From positions 1 to 64,000 of the forward strand of contig JAXLNO010002167.1 in the NCBI GenBank assembly GCA_038087875.1: a stretch of DNA of 64,000 nt, read 5' to 3'. Positions 63,055 to 64,000 of this stretch are shown here, piece after piece. The notes below the pieces were generated by a model, which saw only the letters and a program-made list of their open reading frames with translations, did no database searches and was not told the DNA's origin. How positions within the stretch are numbered: position 1 is the stretch's first letter; each line of letters opens with the position of its first letter. Made by a program: the position numbers and the translations under genes. This DNA comes from Malacoraja senta. Its lineage: Eukaryota.

Positions 63055-64000
63055 CTGTAAAATAAAATAAATCCCGAATGAAATTGTTCGTTCAAGCCAA
63101 AATAGAAAGAAACAAATCCCAACTTTTATTTTTGGATGAGTGAAGATTTCTTCAAGTTGCTTGGAAACCAGAGCACATCAGCACCTCGGCACCTTTTCAA
63201 TGGGTGTTAGGATGGCTTACTGGTCACCTGCTGATGGCCATTAAAGTCACCTTGAATGCCATGTCATCAAATATATAGCTGATCAGGTAAAAAGCAGCAG
63301 ATTTCTGTCTCTAAAGAATACCAGCTAACCTGATGCAGTTTAAAGATAGGTCAGTAGTCCCCATGGAAAATATTTATTCAAAATGGATTTAATCAACTGA
63401 CTAGCTTTATGTTTGTGAAGGAAGGAACTGCAGATGCTAGTTTATACAGAAGATAGACACAAATTGCTGGAGTAACGCAATGGGTCAGGCAGCTTCACTG
63501 AGGAGAGAAGGAATAGATGCGTTTTTTAGTCAGAACCTTTCTTCCAAAGGAAGTTTTAAGCTTCTCTGCTACTGGTATGATTTGAATTAATATCACCCTA
63601 ATCTTGTCCTCCTGTTTACTCGTCCAGAAACATAATCACCAATTACAGAGAAGGAGAATGTGTAGAACACACTGATGGAGGAGGAGGTGGAATCAGATAC
63701 AATCATGTTAATGTCATATCATAAAGTATATTTAAATTTGTAAGGAGCTATAATGAGAAATGTATTAGGTATAAGAGACATTTAGAGCAAAGTATAGAAA
63801 TATATGGCCCTACGATTAGGGTAGATAGGCAAAACAGTTTGCAAGGACATGGTGGGCTGAAGAACCCGTTTATGTGCTATATCTCCCAATGACTCATCTA
63901 TCATACTCATATAATGAAGCCTTTCTGGAGTCTAAAAGCGATATCCTTATGTACACTGTCAGGTGACACACCTTTATAAATACCTCAGGTGAAAATAATG

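Noticed and set aside
63975-64000. Possible phase-2 donor (CTGAG|gtattt) of the preceding VWD1 exon
   Set aside because: Too little sequence in the window to confirm coding content

Overview
Vertebrate genomic DNA; the CR1/Rex1-like LINEs, V-SINE/HE1-like SINEs and Penelope-type hairpins suggest a cartilaginous fish, probably a skate or ray (inference). The whole window lies inside one minus-strand, multi-exon gel-forming mucin gene whose 5' and 3' ends are outside the window. From ~63 kb to ~31 kb I traced GT-AG exons with consistent phases encoding the end of VWD1, C8-TIL-E, VWD2-C8-TIL-E, D' and VWD3-C8-TIL-E. The D3 motifs ([25 protein letters not shown]) match my recollection of the MUC19/submaxillary-mucin lineage rather than MUC2/5. 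From ~31 kb to the window start the central region is not one giant PTS exon. It is a series of phase 1-1 cassette exons: short Thr-rich linkers alternating with 342-nt CysD (WxxW) exons. Its core is a young ~1.85-kb genomic tandem array (~6.6 units, ~8.3-20.4 kb) flanked by older, partly decayed units. All six young CysD copies show a cysteine swap (terminal CC to CY, plus a new internal Cys). Introns carry LINEs, SINEs, Harbinger-like MITEs and hammerhead-ribozyme-like motifs. Coordinates were read by eye and no database searches were run.
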